Shown here: piece after piece, positions 30,444 through 40,308 of the stretch | How positions within the stretch are numbered: the first letter of the stretch is position 1 | Layout of the letters: each line of letters opens with the position of its first letter | Assembly: GCA_943787795.1 (NCBI GenBank) | Contig: CALSNU010000003.1 | Span: 1 to 64,000, forward strand | Direction: 5' to 3' | Origin: an uncultured bacterium | GTDB lineage: Bacteria; Planctomycetota; UBA1135; GCA-002686595 | DNA length: 64,000 nt | Notes under the pieces: model-generated | The model's input: only the letters and a program-made list of their open reading frames with translations | The model's database searches: none | What the model was told of the DNA's origin: nothing | Position numbers and translations under genes: made by a program

Positions 30444-30919
30444 CAGCCTTCCTCGGCGGGTGCCACCGCGAGGACGCACTGCAGGCGCAGCACCGCTTTC
30501 CCGTCGCTCGTCACCTTGGCGGTCACATAGCGGGCGTTGGACAGGCGCTCCGTGAGCTTGATCTCCGCCCGGAGCGTCTCCCCTGGGCGCACGATCTTGC
30601 GGAAGCGCGCGTCCACGATCCGGGTCAGGACCGGGACTCCTACGGAGTCCTGATCCTCCTGACTGGTGGCGTAGATGAGGATCGCGCCGCTCTGGAAGCA
30701 GAACTCCGAGATGAGGACTCCGGGCAGCACAGGCTGGCCAGGGAAGTGTCCCTCGAAGGCCGGGAGGTCCTCGGGGACGTCCCACTCGGTCACGAGGGTG
30801 TCGCCGTCGTGTTCGACCACGCGCGTGACAAAGAGGAACGGCGGCCGGTGGGGCAGGAACTCGGTCAGGGGGCGGTCGAGGACCGAGCCGCCTCCGGGCG
30901 TCGAATGGGACTCGCTCAT
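30443..30919 (-). CDS. fabZ: 3-hydroxyacyl-ACP dehydratase
   Basis: [26 protein letters not shown]. Confidence 0.9.
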   Translation of the reverse strand: MSESHSTPGGGSVLDRPLTEFLPHRPPFLFVTRVVEHDGDTLVTEWDVPEDLPAFEGHFPGQPVLPGVLISEFCFQSGAILIYATSQEDQDSVGVPVLTRIVDARFRKIVRPGETLRAEIKLTERLSNARYVTAKVTSDGKAVLRLQCVLAVAPAEEG

Positions 30920-30929
30920 GGTGCTGATC

Positions 30930-31661
30930 CTAGAGGCCGCCCGTCACGTCGAGGGTGGCGCCGGTGATGTAGCTGGCCTCGTCCGAGGCGAGGAAGGTCA
31001 CGGCCGAGGCGACCTCGGCGGTGGTGCCGAAGCGGCGGGCGGGGACGGACTTCTTGTACGACTTGACAAGCTCGTCGGGAAGGTCGTCGAGGAGCTCGGT
31101 GGCGATGAAGCCGGGCGAGACGCAGTTGACCGTGATGCCACGCTTGGCGACCTCCTTGCAGAGGGAGCGCATCAGGCCGACCTGGCCGGCCTTGGAGGCC
31201 GAGTAGTTACCCTGCCCCTCGAACCCGAAGCGTCCAGCGGGGGAGGTGGTGAAGATGATCCGGCCGTGGCGCTGCCGCATCATGTTCTGCACGGCGAACT
31301 TGGACATGGTGTACGAGCCCGTGAGGTTGGTTCCGATGACCGCGTTCCAGTCGCCCGGCGACATCATCGCGAGCACCGCGTCACGTCGGATGCCGGAGTT
31401 CGCCACGAGAATGTCGATGGGCGTCTCCCCGAGGCTCTCCCAGAAGGCCTCGGTGGCCTCATGATCGGCGACGTCGAACTTGGCGAGGTGCACTCGCTCG
31501 CCAGCGTCCCCGGCCTCCTCCACCAGAGACTCGGCCGCGGCGTCGTTGCCCCGATAGGTGGCGTGACAGATCGCCCCCTCACGCAGGAAGGCGAGGGCGA
31601 TGGCCCGGCCGATGCCTCGGGTGCCGCCTGTGACGACGACGTGCTTGTCCTTGAATCTCAT
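30930..31661 (-). CDS. fabG: 3-oxoacyl-ACP reductase
   Basis: TGGTRGIG, GQGNYSASK, VSPGFIAT. Confidence 0.9.
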   Translation of the reverse strand: MRFKDKHVVVTGGTRGIGRAIALAFLREGAICHATYRGNDAAAESLVEEAGDAGERVHLAKFDVADHEATEAFWESLGETPIDILVANSGIRRDAVLAMMSPGDWNAVIGTNLTGSYTMSKFAVQNMMRQRHGRIIFTTSPAGRFGFEGQGNYSASKAGQVGLMRSLCKEVAKRGITVNCVSPGFIATELLDDLPDELVKSYKKSVPARRFGTTAEVASAVTFLASDEASYITGATLDVTGGL

Positions 31662-31869
31662 GGGTGCTGACTGGAAGTGGGGGAGGATCCGCGCGCGACA
31701 TTCTCTTCGCGAGGCATGTCTCGGTCGAGGCGTGGATCCGATCAGTTGCGGTCTTTTTTGGCTTCGGACGAATGACGTGGTCCGGGCGGCCCGATTTGCA
31801 GGGGAGAGCCGAGCCGGCACCTCTGTCCATCTTCGTGCCCGCGCGGGCCCACCGACCCACCCCGAGACC

Positions 31870-32169
31870 ATGACCTCCGAACAGCACCAACGGGACCGCA
31901 CGCAGCGTATGAGGCTGGTGTACACGGGAGATGAGGAGAGCTCCGGCGGCGCCGCCCTCGAGGTCTCGGAAGCCGAGCGCATGGCCGCCAGGCGGCGCGT
32001 GGCCCTCGTGGCCTCAGGTGCGCTCGCCCTGGGTGTGCTCCTGGTGTTCCTGATGTCGCTCGGGGGGGGGGCCTCGGACCCGTCCGCGGCGAGGCCAGAT
32101 CGAGGTCCGATCTTCGGCTATGTGGTGAAGGAGGCCCGTGGCCCTGGCCTGAAGCCCCTGGGGAACTAG
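31870..32169 (+). CDS. Small single-TM hypothetical protein
   Basis: 99 aa from ATG 31870 with one clear TM. Confidence 0.55.
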   Translation: MTSEQHQRDRTQRMRLVYTGDEESSGGAALEVSEAERMAARRRVALVASGALALGVLLVFLMSLGGGASDPSAARPDRGPIFGYVVKEARGPGLKPLGN

Positions 32170-32302
32170 CGCGCGGACCTGCTCGCCAGCCGGCGGTCGA
32201 GGCCGCCCGTCGCGGCGCCTCTCGGAGCGCTCCGCCGGGCCTGCTTCGACTCACAGGCGGCGCGGTTGAATCAGCCGGCGCGGGTCGTCACCCTCTCCCC
32301 CT

Positions 32303-33037
32303 ATGGCACGGAACGCCCACGGGCCGCCCTTCGCGGCGGTCGTCTTTGACTGCGACTCCACGCTCTCCACCATCGAGGGGATCGAGGAGCTCACCGCTGA
32401 GCATCCGGAGATCGCCGCGCTGACCGGGGCCGCCATGGAGGGACGGGTGCCCCTCGAGGAGGTCTACGGCCGTCGGCTCGAGCTGGCCGGTCCCGTCGCT
32501 GCGGACATGGAGCGCATCGCGCTCCGCTACGCGGCGACGACCATCGAGGGGACCGCGGATCTGATCGCCGCGTTGCACCACCTCGACAAGTGCGTGGAGA
32601 TCGTCTCCGGAGGGCTGCTGCCTGCCGTGCGCCCGTTCGGGGTCCAGCTCGGGGTGCCCTCCGCGCGGATCCATGCGGTGGACCTGAGGTTTGACAGCAG
32701 CGGAGCCTACGTCGATTACGACCGGCGGTCCCTGCTGGCGCGGGCCGGCGGAAAGCGCGAGCTGCTCGAGGAGCGTTTTCCGGCGGGTGACGTGGCGCTG
32801 GTGGGGGACGGCGCCACCGACCTCGAGGCCAAGGACGCGTGCGCGCGGTTCATCGCGTTCACGGCCGTGGAGCGTCGGCCCGACGTGGTCGCGGGCGCAG
32901 ATGTCGTGGTGGACCGGGCGGACCACGCGGCCGTGCTGCCCCACCTGGTCTCTGTCGACGAGCTTGAGGTCCTCCGGGCCGTGCCGGGCGGCCGCTTCCA
33001 TGGCCTCTTGGCCCGCATGGACGGAGGCCAACCGTGA
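32303..33037 (+). CDS. serB: HAD-IB phosphoserine phosphatase
   Basis: FDCDST, AMEG, IVSGG, GDGATDL. Confidence 0.8.
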   Translation: MARNAHGPPFAAVVFDCDSTLSTIEGIEELTAEHPEIAALTGAAMEGRVPLEEVYGRRLELAGPVAADMERIALRYAATTIEGTADLIAALHHLDKCVEIVSGGLLPAVRPFGVQLGVPSARIHAVDLRFDSSGAYVDYDRRSLLARAGGKRELLEERFPAGDVALVGDGATDLEAKDACARFIAFTAVERRPDVVAGADVVVDRADHAAVLPHLVSVDELEVLRAVPGGRFHGLLARMDGGQP

Positions 33038-34158
33038 GGCCCGAGCTCTGGATCCCTGGACCGACCGAGGTCCGCGGGGACATCCTCTCGGCCATGGCGG
33101 CGCCCATGATCGGGCACCGCTCGGCGGAGATGCGAGCGGTGATCCAGGGGCTCGATCCCTACCTCGAGGCGCTCTTCGGGACCTCGGCGCCGTCTCACCG
33201 CGTCGCGGTCCACTCGTGCACGGCGACGGGCCTCATGGAGATGGCCCTGCGCGGGAGCGGGGAGCGCGTGCTCTGCCTCGTGAACGGGGCCTTCTCCCGG
33301 CGCTTCGCGACCATCGCGGAGGCGCTCGGGAAGGAGGTGGTGCGGATCGAGTCCCCGGCCGGGGCGCCGCCCGATCTCCTCGCCGCGCAGCAGCAGCTCT
33401 GCGGCGAGACCTTCGACGCGGTCACCGTCTGCCTCAGCGAGACCTCTACGGGGGTCGCGGTGACGCCCGCCGAGGTCTCGGATGCACTCGGGGAGCGAGG
33501 CGGGGCCATGCTCGTCGTGGACGCCGTCACCTACCTCGGAGCGGCCCCGATCGACGCGGCGGCCAACGGACTCGACTTCGTGCTGGCGGGGACCCAGAAG
33601 GCCCTCGCGCTGCCGCCAGGGCTGGGGCTGTATGCCGCCAGCGCGGCAATGCTCGAACGGGCCGCGGCCGCCCATGACCGGGGCTTCTTCCTCGATCTGA
33701 TCCGGATCACGGAGGCTCACGCTGACGGTCGTCCGCCAATGACGCCCACCATCTCCCTCCACCTGGCGCTCCTGCGGCAGCTCCAGGACATCGAGGCGGG
33801 CGAGGTCGAGCTGGAGCTGACCGATGAGGCCGCGGAGGACCTCGCGCAGCTCGACGGGTGGCAGCGCCGTTATCGGCGGCACGCCCGAATGCGTGACATG
33901 ACCGGCGAGTTCCTCGCCGCGCGGGGTCTCGCGCCCCTGGGAGGGCGGCCAGCCTCGCCCTCGGTGACGTGCGCACCGATCGGCGGGCGAGACGTCCCCG
34001 CCCTGCTGGAGCGCATGCTCGGCCGCGGCTTCCAGCTGGCGCCGGGCTATGGCGACCTCCGGGACACGACGATCCGGATCGGACACATGGGGGACCATGG
34101 AGTGGGGGCGCTGGCGGGGCTGCTCTCAGCCCTCGGCGCCGAGCTGGGCGCGGATTGA
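33034..34158 (+). CDS. PLP-dependent class V aminotransferase (serine-pyruvate/phosphoserine type)
   Basis: IPGPT, SETSTG, VDAV, GTQKALALPPG (PLP Lys), IRIGHMG. Confidence 0.9.
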   Translation: MRPELWIPGPTEVRGDILSAMAAPMIGHRSAEMRAVIQGLDPYLEALFGTSAPSHRVAVHSCTATGLMEMALRGSGERVLCLVNGAFSRRFATIAEALGKEVVRIESPAGAPPDLLAAQQQLCGETFDAVTVCLSETSTGVAVTPAEVSDALGERGGAMLVVDAVTYLGAAPIDAAANGLDFVLAGTQKALALPPGLGLYAASAAMLERAAAAHDRGFFLDLIRITEAHADGRPPMTPTISLHLALLRQLQDIEAGEVELELTDEAAEDLAQLDGWQRRYRRHARMRDMTGEFLAARGLAPLGGRPASPSVTCAPIGGRDVPALLERMLGRGFQLAPGYGDLRDTTIRIGHMGDHGVGALAGLLSALGAELGAD

Positions 34159-34199
34159 GCGCGAGGCGAGCACTTCTGCCGGCAGGGCGACTGGCGGTG

Positions 34200-34209
34200 T
34201 GCTAAAACT
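34200..34209 (+). promoter_or_regulatory. Putative extended -10 promoter of selC
   Basis: tgcTAAAACT, AT-rich in a GC-rich context, ~10 nt before the tRNA. Confidence 0.5.
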
Positions 34210-34219
34210 TGCACCGGAC

Positions 34220-34319
34220 GGGAGTGGATCGGTGCTGGTGTGCCGCCCGGTCTTCAAAGCCGGTTAGGGCCTCGTGAACAGCGTGGGCCGGTGGGTTCGA
34301 TTCCCATGCACTCCCGCCA
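34220..34319 (+). tRNA. selC: tRNA-Sec (anticodon UCA)
   Basis: GGGAGTG(G)/(G)CACTCCC acceptor, 6-bp D stem with 4-nt loop, CTTCAAA anticodon loop, long variable arm, GTGGG-TTCGATT-CCCAT T arm, G discriminator, encoded CCA. Confidence 0.95.
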
Positions 34320-34360
34320 TTCAATTTCACCTCCTCCTCTCTGCCGGGGTGCCTTGTTGC

Positions 34361-34420
34361 AGCCTGAGCCTGAGCCCGAGCCTGATCTTGCCGAGCCTGA
34401 GCCTGAGCCTGAGCCTGAGC
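34361..34420. repeat. Hexamer (agcctg)n microsatellite 3' of selC
   Basis: agcctgagcctgagcccgagcctg...gagcctgagcctgagcctgagcctgagc. Confidence 0.9.
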
Positions 34421-34519
34421 GCGGATGAGGGCGCCACTGGTGAAGTTCGTCCCCGCCGCGCGGCGCCGGCCACCTACCTTGTGCCCGGAGCATCGATTCG
34501 GGGGACGGGGGTCGGCCCC

Positions 34520-34643
34520 GTCTGAATGGACTTTGTCTGAATGGACTCCGCTGGAATGGAGTACGCCTGAATGGACTCTCTGTCTGTCCCCATGGCGGCC
34601 TTGCTGACTGGTCCTCTGACAGGCTCTCTGACTGCCCCCTGAT
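34520..34643. repeat. 15-bp x4 (gtctgaatggactcc) followed by ~12-bp x3-4 (ctgac...) arrays
   Basis: Units at 34520, 34535, 34550, 34565; then 34604, 34616, 34628. Confidence 0.85.
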
Positions 34644-34691
34644 CAGCGCCCCCGATCCGCCAGGTCCTGCCCGCCCTCTGCCACTCACTCG

Positions 34692-35600
34692 ATGACCGTC
34701 AACGCACATCCCGCCAGCCAGCGCGGCGTGGATCAGATGGACCTGCCCTGGTCGCTGCGCGCCATGCAGCTGGGCTTTCGGGTGCTCCGCCTCGTGTCCA
34801 GGCGCGCCGCCGGCCGCCTGGCGCTCCACCTCTTCGTGACGCCGCGGAGACACACGCCGCCGGCTCGCGAGCTGGAGGTGCTGGCGCTCGGTGAGCGGTT
34901 CAGCGTTGCGCACCGCGGGCGGAGCCTCGCGGCCTGGCGCTGGAGCCGGGAGGAAGGCACAGCCGAGCGGGGAACCGCGATCCTGGTGCACGGCTGGGAG
35001 GGCCGGGCGGGGCAGCTCCACGGCTTCGTCCAGCCGCTCCGGAGAGCAGGGTTCGATGTGGTCGGGTTTGATCACGTGGGGCACGGCGAGTCCGACGGGA
35101 AGCGGTGCTCGCTTCCGACCATGCGTGACGCCCTGCGCGCCGTGGCGGAGCAGTCGTTGGGAGGCGCCGAGGCGGGGCCCGCCTGCATCGTGGCCCACTC
35201 CATGGGGACCTTCGCCACGAGCCTGCTCCTCGCCGAGGGGTGGCGCGACACGCGGGCGTGCTACATCTCGCCGCCGGACGACCTGCTGGTCTACTTCTCC
35301 CACTACCTCAAGCTGATCACCGGCTCCGATGACCTCTTCGATGATCTCATCGGGCTCATGGAGGAGCGCTTTGACGAGCGGGCGGAGGAGTTTGAATTCA
35401 GGCGTCTCGTGGAGGTCTTGGATCAGCCGCTGCTCGTGCTGCACGCCGTCGACGACCAGGACGTTCCGATCGACGCCGGCCGATTCGTCGCGGCCCACTG
35501 GCCGGGGGCGCAGATGGTCGAGCTCGAGGGGCTCGGGCACCGTCGAATCCTGCGGGATCCAGGCGCGATCGGGGCGGCTGTGACGTTCCTCACAGAGTGA
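34692..35600 (+). CDS. Alpha/beta hydrolase
   Basis: LVHGWEG, AHSMG, DQDVP, GLGHRRIL. Confidence 0.9.
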   Translation: MTVNAHPASQRGVDQMDLPWSLRAMQLGFRVLRLVSRRAAGRLALHLFVTPRRHTPPARELEVLALGERFSVAHRGRSLAAWRWSREEGTAERGTAILVHGWEGRAGQLHGFVQPLRRAGFDVVGFDHVGHGESDGKRCSLPTMRDALRAVAEQSLGGAEAGPACIVAHSMGTFATSLLLAEGWRDTRACYISPPDDLLVYFSHYLKLITGSDDLFDDLIGLMEERFDERAEEFEFRRLVEVLDQPLLVLHAVDDQDVPIDAGRFVAAHWPGAQMVELEGLGHRRILRDPGAIGAAVTFLTE

Positions 35601-35656
35601 AGCTCGGCTAGCGCTTGCGTCCCCGTGAATCGTGTCCCACGGTACCTCTACAACAC

Positions 35657-37315
35657 ATGCACTCGATCACCAAGCTCGCCTGCCTCGCCGCTGCCTCGAT
35701 CCTCTTCTTTGTGGGGAGTGGCGTCGTCCCGGCGTCCGCTGGGTCCGCAGCTGGGTCCTCAGCTGGGTCCTCAGCTGGGGCGCCGATGGCCGCAGCGTCG
35801 ACCGCGGCGGTGCCCTCGACGCCGGGCCGGATGGCCAGCGTTCAGCCAGCCCTGCCCCAGGCGGCCGAGCCAGGGTCTCAGGTCGCGCCGGATACGGTGC
35901 TGATCATGCGGGTCGACGGCGCGATCGACGCCGGACACCAGGCGCTCTTCCGCCGGGCCGTCGTGACCGCCAAGGCCTCCGGGTCAGCGCTGATCGTCGC
36001 CTTCGACACCCCGGGCGGGGAGCTGACCCGGATGCGCCAGTTTGCCGGAGCGATCGACGCCGCCGTGAACGACGGGGTGCGGGTCATCGGCTGGGTGGAT
36101 GACGAGGCCCTCTCCGCGGGAACCTGGCTCGCGATCGCCTGCCAGTCCCTCTACGTGCGCGAGCGCTCCTCCATCGGCGCCGCCCAGGCCGTGCAGCTCA
36201 CGCCCACCGGCATGGTGCCGGCCGGCGAGAAGATCGCCTCGGCCTACCGGGCGTGGGTGCGAGGGTGGGCGAAGACCCACGGGAAGAACGAGCTGCTCGC
36301 GGAGGCGATGATCGACCCGGGGACCGAGGTGCGTCGGGTTCGCATCGATGGCATCGAGCAGGACATCAGCGGGAGCCGATGGGACGACCTCGTGGCCCAG
36401 GGCGAGGCGCCAGAGCTGATCCGAACGGTGGTGCCCGAGGGCACCCTGTTGGCGCTCACCGGCGCCGAGGCCATCGAGTTCGGGTTCGCGGACGCCATGG
36501 CCGAGACCACCGAGTCGCTGCTCTCGAAGGAGGGGTTGGCGGGGATGCCCCTCGAGCCCCTCGACAAGACGCGCTCCGAGGACCTCCTGGCCTCGCTGCA
36601 CGGCATGCGGCTGCTGCTGCTCTTCCTCGGCCTGTTCTTCGGGTACGTCGAGCTCAAGGTGCCGGGGTTCGGGATCCCCGGGGGCCTCTCGATCCTGTGC
36701 TTCATTGGCCTCTTCGTCGGCCAGTACCTGATCGGGCTCGCAGATATCCCGCACGTGGTGCTGGCTGCTCTCGGGGTCGTGCTGGTCGGGACCGAGATCT
36801 TCGTGGTGCCGGGGATGATCTGGCCAGGCCTGGTGGGGGCGACCTGCCTGGTGGTGGGGCTGCTCATGAGCCAGGTGGGACCAGACCTCTCCATGGGGGA
36901 TGCCTGGGACCGCCAGCTCCTCTTCGACGCGACCTATCAGCTCGTGGCCACCGCCGCCGCCGGCGTCTTCGCCATCTGGACCCTCTCTCGCTTCCTCCCG
37001 CAGACCCCCGTTCTCGGTCGCATGGTGCTCGCTGGCGCCGGCGGGGTAGCTGACGCCATGCCCGAGGCCAGGGACGAGAGCCGCCTCCAGCACGCGCGGC
37101 CCGGCGCCCTGGGCACGGCCTCCACCGATCTCCGCCCGGTGGGCAAGGTGGCCCTCGACGGCGACGAGGAGGGCACCTACCACGAGGCGCGCCTCGAGGG
37201 CGGCACCCTCGCGCGGGGGGACCGGGTGAGGGTGATCGAGGTGAACGCTGGGCGGCTGGTCGTCGAGTCGGTCGGTGCGGAGTCCGCTGACGAAGCTGAG
37301 GAGACCAGGCCGTGA
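35657..37315 (+). CDS. nfeD: Long-form NfeD (ClpP-class serine protease, TM region, OB fold)
   Basis: DTPGG, ALSAG (Ser), GEK (Lys), ELKVPGFGIPG, TDLRPVGK. Confidence 0.88.
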   Translation: MHSITKLACLAAASILFFVGSGVVPASAGSAAGSSAGSSAGAPMAAASTAAVPSTPGRMASVQPALPQAAEPGSQVAPDTVLIMRVDGAIDAGHQALFRRAVVTAKASGSALIVAFDTPGGELTRMRQFAGAIDAAVNDGVRVIGWVDDEALSAGTWLAIACQSLYVRERSSIGAAQAVQLTPTGMVPAGEKIASAYRAWVRGWAKTHGKNELLAEAMIDPGTEVRRVRIDGIEQDISGSRWDDLVAQGEAPELIRTVVPEGTLLALTGAEAIEFGFADAMAETTESLLSKEGLAGMPLEPLDKTRSEDLLASLHGMRLLLLFLGLFFGYVELKVPGFGIPGGLSILCFIGLFVGQYLIGLADIPHVVLAALGVVLVGTEIFVVPGMIWPGLVGATCLVVGLLMSQVGPDLSMGDAWDRQLLFDATYQLVATAAAGVFAIWTLSRFLPQTPVLGRMVLAGAGGVADAMPEARDESRLQHARPGALGTASTDLRPVGKVALDGDEEGTYHEARLEGGTLARGDRVRVIEVNAGRLVVESVGAESADEAEETRP

Positions 37316-37797
37316 CGCAGACCATCCTCCTCTTCAGCGGCGGGTTGCTCCTCGTGCTGCTCGAGGTCTTCGTTCCGAGCGGAGGCATCCTTGGCCTGCT
37401 CGCGGCCCTGGCGCTGATCGGATCCATGGTCCTCGCGTTCATGGAGGACTTCACCGTCGGCTTCACGCTGCTCGCGGCGACGGCCGTATTGGTGCCCCTG
37501 ATCGTCACCTACGGGCTGCGCGTCTTCCCGAAGACGCCCATCGGGCGCAAGCTCACCGCCCGCGGCTTCAGCTTCGAGGACGGTCGCGCGGTGGATCGCC
37601 GGGACGCCACGCTCCTCTCCAAGACGGGCGTCGTGGAGGCAGACCTCCGTCCCGCGGGGATGGCGCGCATCGACGGCCGTCGCGTGGACGTGGTGAGTCG
37701 CGGCGAGCCCATCGAGAAAGGCGCGCCCATCGTCGTCGTCGAGGTCTCGGGCAACCGGGTCATCGTGGCCCGGGACTCCGCACACCAAAGCTCATGA
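37312..37797 (+). CDS. Short NfeD-like protein (TMs plus OB fold)
   Basis: [31 protein letters not shown]. Confidence 0.85.
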   Translation: MTQTILLFSGGLLLVLLEVFVPSGGILGLLAALALIGSMVLAFMEDFTVGFTLLAATAVLVPLIVTYGLRVFPKTPIGRKLTARGFSFEDGRAVDRRDATLLSKTGVVEADLRPAGMARIDGRRVDVVSRGEPIEKGAPIVVVEVSGNRVIVARDSAHQSS

Positions 37798-37849
37798 CAG
37801 GGACGGGCCCTGCCCTCCTGCCTCAGATTCGTCTCTCTCAACCCCACCC

Positions 37850-38905
37850 ATGCACTACTCCCAACTCGCGCTCATCGTCGCGGCCGGCGACGAGCCCAGC
37901 ATCCTCAAGGTCATCGGCCTCGTCGTGCTCGGCCTGTTCCTGATCGGCTTCCTCGTCCTCTTCCTGCGCTATGCCAAGCTGTACATCCAGTCGGTGCTCT
38001 CCGGCGCGGGCGTCGGGCTGTTCGACATGCTCGCCATGAGCCTGCGGAAGGTCGACCCCTCCGTGATCGTGGTGGGCCGGATCAACCTGGTGCAGTCCCG
38101 CATTGACGGGATCTCCGCCACGGATCTGGAGGCCCACTACCTGGCGGGCGGCAACGTCCCGCGCGTGGTCAGCGCGATCATCTCGTCGAACCGGGCTGGT
38201 CTCGACCTTGACTACAAGGCGGCGACGGGCATCGACCTCGCCGGCCGTGACGTGCTGGACGCCGTCAACACGTCGGTCACGCCCAAGGTCATCGACTGTC
38301 CGGACCCTGCGAAGGGCAAGAGCGAGGTGGCCGCCGTCGCCAAGGACGGCATCCAGGTGCTGGCCAAGGCGCGCGTGACCGTGCGGACCAACATCGCTCG
38401 CCTCGTCGGCGGCGCCGGCGAGGAGACGATCATCGCCCGGGTGGGTGAGGGCATCGTCTCCACCATTGGCTCCATGGACACCCACAAGCACGTGCTCGAG
38501 AACCCCGACGAGATCAGCAAGACCGTGCTGAACCGCGGCCTCGACGCGGGCACGGCCTTCGAGATCGTCTCCATCGACATCGCCGACGTGGACATCGGCC
38601 ACAACATTGGCGCCCGGCTCCAGGCGGACCAGGCCGAGGCGGACAAGCGCGTGGCCCAGGCCCTCGCCGAGAAGCGGCGGGCCATGGCCGTCGCGGCGGA
38701 GCAGGAGTTCAAGGCCGGCGTGCAGGAGAACCGTGCCAAGGTCGTCGAGGCCGAGGCTCAGGTCCCCCTGGCCATGGCCGAGGCCCTCAAGTCCGGCAAC
38801 CTCGGGGTCATGGACATGCTCCGCCTGAAGAACCTGGAGTCTGACACCACCATGCGCCGGAGCATCGGCGGCGAGGCTGGCGGAGGCTCGAACCCCACCT
38901 CGTGA
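37850..38905 (+). CDS. floA: Flotillin-like protein FloA (YqfA)
   Basis: [44 protein letters not shown]. Confidence 0.95.
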   Translation: MHYSQLALIVAAGDEPSILKVIGLVVLGLFLIGFLVLFLRYAKLYIQSVLSGAGVGLFDMLAMSLRKVDPSVIVVGRINLVQSRIDGISATDLEAHYLAGGNVPRVVSAIISSNRAGLDLDYKAATGIDLAGRDVLDAVNTSVTPKVIDCPDPAKGKSEVAAVAKDGIQVLAKARVTVRTNIARLVGGAGEETIIARVGEGIVSTIGSMDTHKHVLENPDEISKTVLNRGLDAGTAFEIVSIDIADVDIGHNIGARLQADQAEADKRVAQALAEKRRAMAVAAEQEFKAGVQENRAKVVEAEAQVPLAMAEALKSGNLGVMDMLRLKNLESDTTMRRSIGGEAGGGSNPTS

Positions 38906-39804
38906 TGCTGTCGGTCCCTCGGTTCCTCGCCGCGCTCCCCGTTCAGGGGGGCGTCGGCTTTGACGTCGACAACCTCGTCGGCCTGGCCATCGTGTTCTTC
39001 GCGGTGATCTGGCCGGTCATTCGCGGCCTGTTGAACGTCGCGAAGTCCAACCGACAGGACTTCCAGGCGAGGTCCAAGCGCGGGGTGAACTCGAGTCAGG
39101 CGAGCTCGAGTCGGTCGAGCGCGCTGGAGGCCTTCCTTGAGGGACTCCGTGAGGAGGACGACGAGGAGACCCCGCGCGTGGACCGCGCCGCGGAGCGCGC
39201 CCTTAGGCGGAGCGAGGAGCGGGAAGAGGAGCTGCGTGCACAGCAGGCCCGGAGGGAGCGGGCCCAGCTGGAGCGGACACAGCTGGAGCGGACACAGCGG
39301 AAGCGCTCGCGGCAGGAGCGGCTGCGGGCGGCGCCCTCGGCTGACCCCTTCGAGTCTGCAGCTGACCGGCAGGAGGCCGCGGCGTCGTCAAGGGAGGTCC
39401 CCGAGGCGTCCGGAAGTGCCTTCGACGCGCCCTCGAGCGCCCGAGCCTCCAGCGCCCGAGCCTCCAGCGCCCGAGCCTCCAGCGCCATGGAAGCGGTGGA
39501 CGGCTTCGACGTCTCGATCAACGACGAGCTCGTTGAGGTCCCGAGTGAGGACGATCTGGAGGAGGGGAAGTTCGGGTTCTCCGCCGGCGCGGGCCGGGAG
39601 AGGTCCGAAAGGGAGCCGGATGAGGAGGGGCTGGAGGTCCTCGAGGGCGCCGGAGAGCGCGCTGCGTTCGCGCTGGACAAGGTGAAGCGGTCTCCCCTGG
39701 AGCGAGTCCAGGGTGGACGATCACCCTGGCAGTCCGCCATCCTCATGAAGGAGATCCTCGGCTCGCCGATCTCAGTCTCGCCCCACAACGACCAGCTGCT
39801 CTGA
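38902..39804 (+). CDS. YqfB-like protein (N-terminal TM, low-complexity middle, [10 protein letters not shown] end)
   Basis: Position after floA; two in-frame 15-bp repeats at 39256-39300 and 39431-39486. Confidence 0.7.
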   Translation: MMLSVPRFLAALPVQGGVGFDVDNLVGLAIVFFAVIWPVIRGLLNVAKSNRQDFQARSKRGVNSSQASSSRSSALEAFLEGLREEDDEETPRVDRAAERALRRSEEREEELRAQQARRERAQLERTQLERTQRKRSRQERLRAAPSADPFESAADRQEAAASSREVPEASGSAFDAPSSARASSARASSARASSAMEAVDGFDVSINDELVEVPSEDDLEEGKFGFSAGAGRERSEREPDEEGLEVLEGAGERAAFALDKVKRSPLERVQGGRSPWQSAILMKEILGSPISVSPHNDQLL

Positions 39805-39813
39805 ACCCTGACC

Positions 39814-40308
39814 ATGGCACGACGCCCCGCACACTGGCTCATGAAGTCCGAGCCCGACGTGTACTCCTACGCGCAGCTGGAGGCCGCGCCCAAGCAGACA
39901 ACGCTCTGGGACGGCGTCCGCAACTACCAGGCGCGGAACATGATGCGGGACGAGATGAAGGTGGGGGACCTGATCCTCTACTACCACTCCAACACCAAGC
40001 CGCCCGGCGTCGCCGGCGTCGCGCGGGTCGTGGGGGAGGGTTACCCGGACCCCACTCAGTTCGACCCCAACGACTCCCACTTCGACCCCAAGAGCCAGGA
40101 GGACAATCCCCGCTGGTTCGTGGTCGACATCAAGGCCGTGGCGCCCCTGCGGACTTACGTCTCGCTCGACGACATCAGGGCCAACGTCAAGCTGGCTGAC
40201 ATGGCCGTGGTGCAGCGTGGCCAGCGCCTCTCGGTGCAGCCAGTGGCGCCTGCGCACTTCCGCGAGGTGCTGCGAATGGGCGGCCTCAAGGGCGCTGACC
40301 TGTCCTGA
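39814..40308 (+). CDS. EVE domain protein
   Basis: WLMKSEP, WDGVRNYQARN, YHSN, RLSVQPV. Confidence 0.95.
   Translation: MARRPAHWLMKSEPDVYSYAQLEAAPKQTTLWDGVRNYQARNMMRDEMKVGDLILYYHSNTKPPGVAGVARVVGEGYPDPTQFDPNDSHFDPKSQEDNPRWFVVDIKAVAPLRTYVSLDDIRANVKLADMAVVQRGQRLSVQPVAPAHFREVLRMGGLKGADLS

Noticed and set aside
34240..34428. PEPEPE-containing small ORF
   Set aside because: Overlaps the tRNA-Sec and derives from the hexamer microsatellite
34320..34691. Genomic island integrated at selC
   Set aside because: No integrase, no duplicated tRNA 3' end seen, and the downstream genes look native
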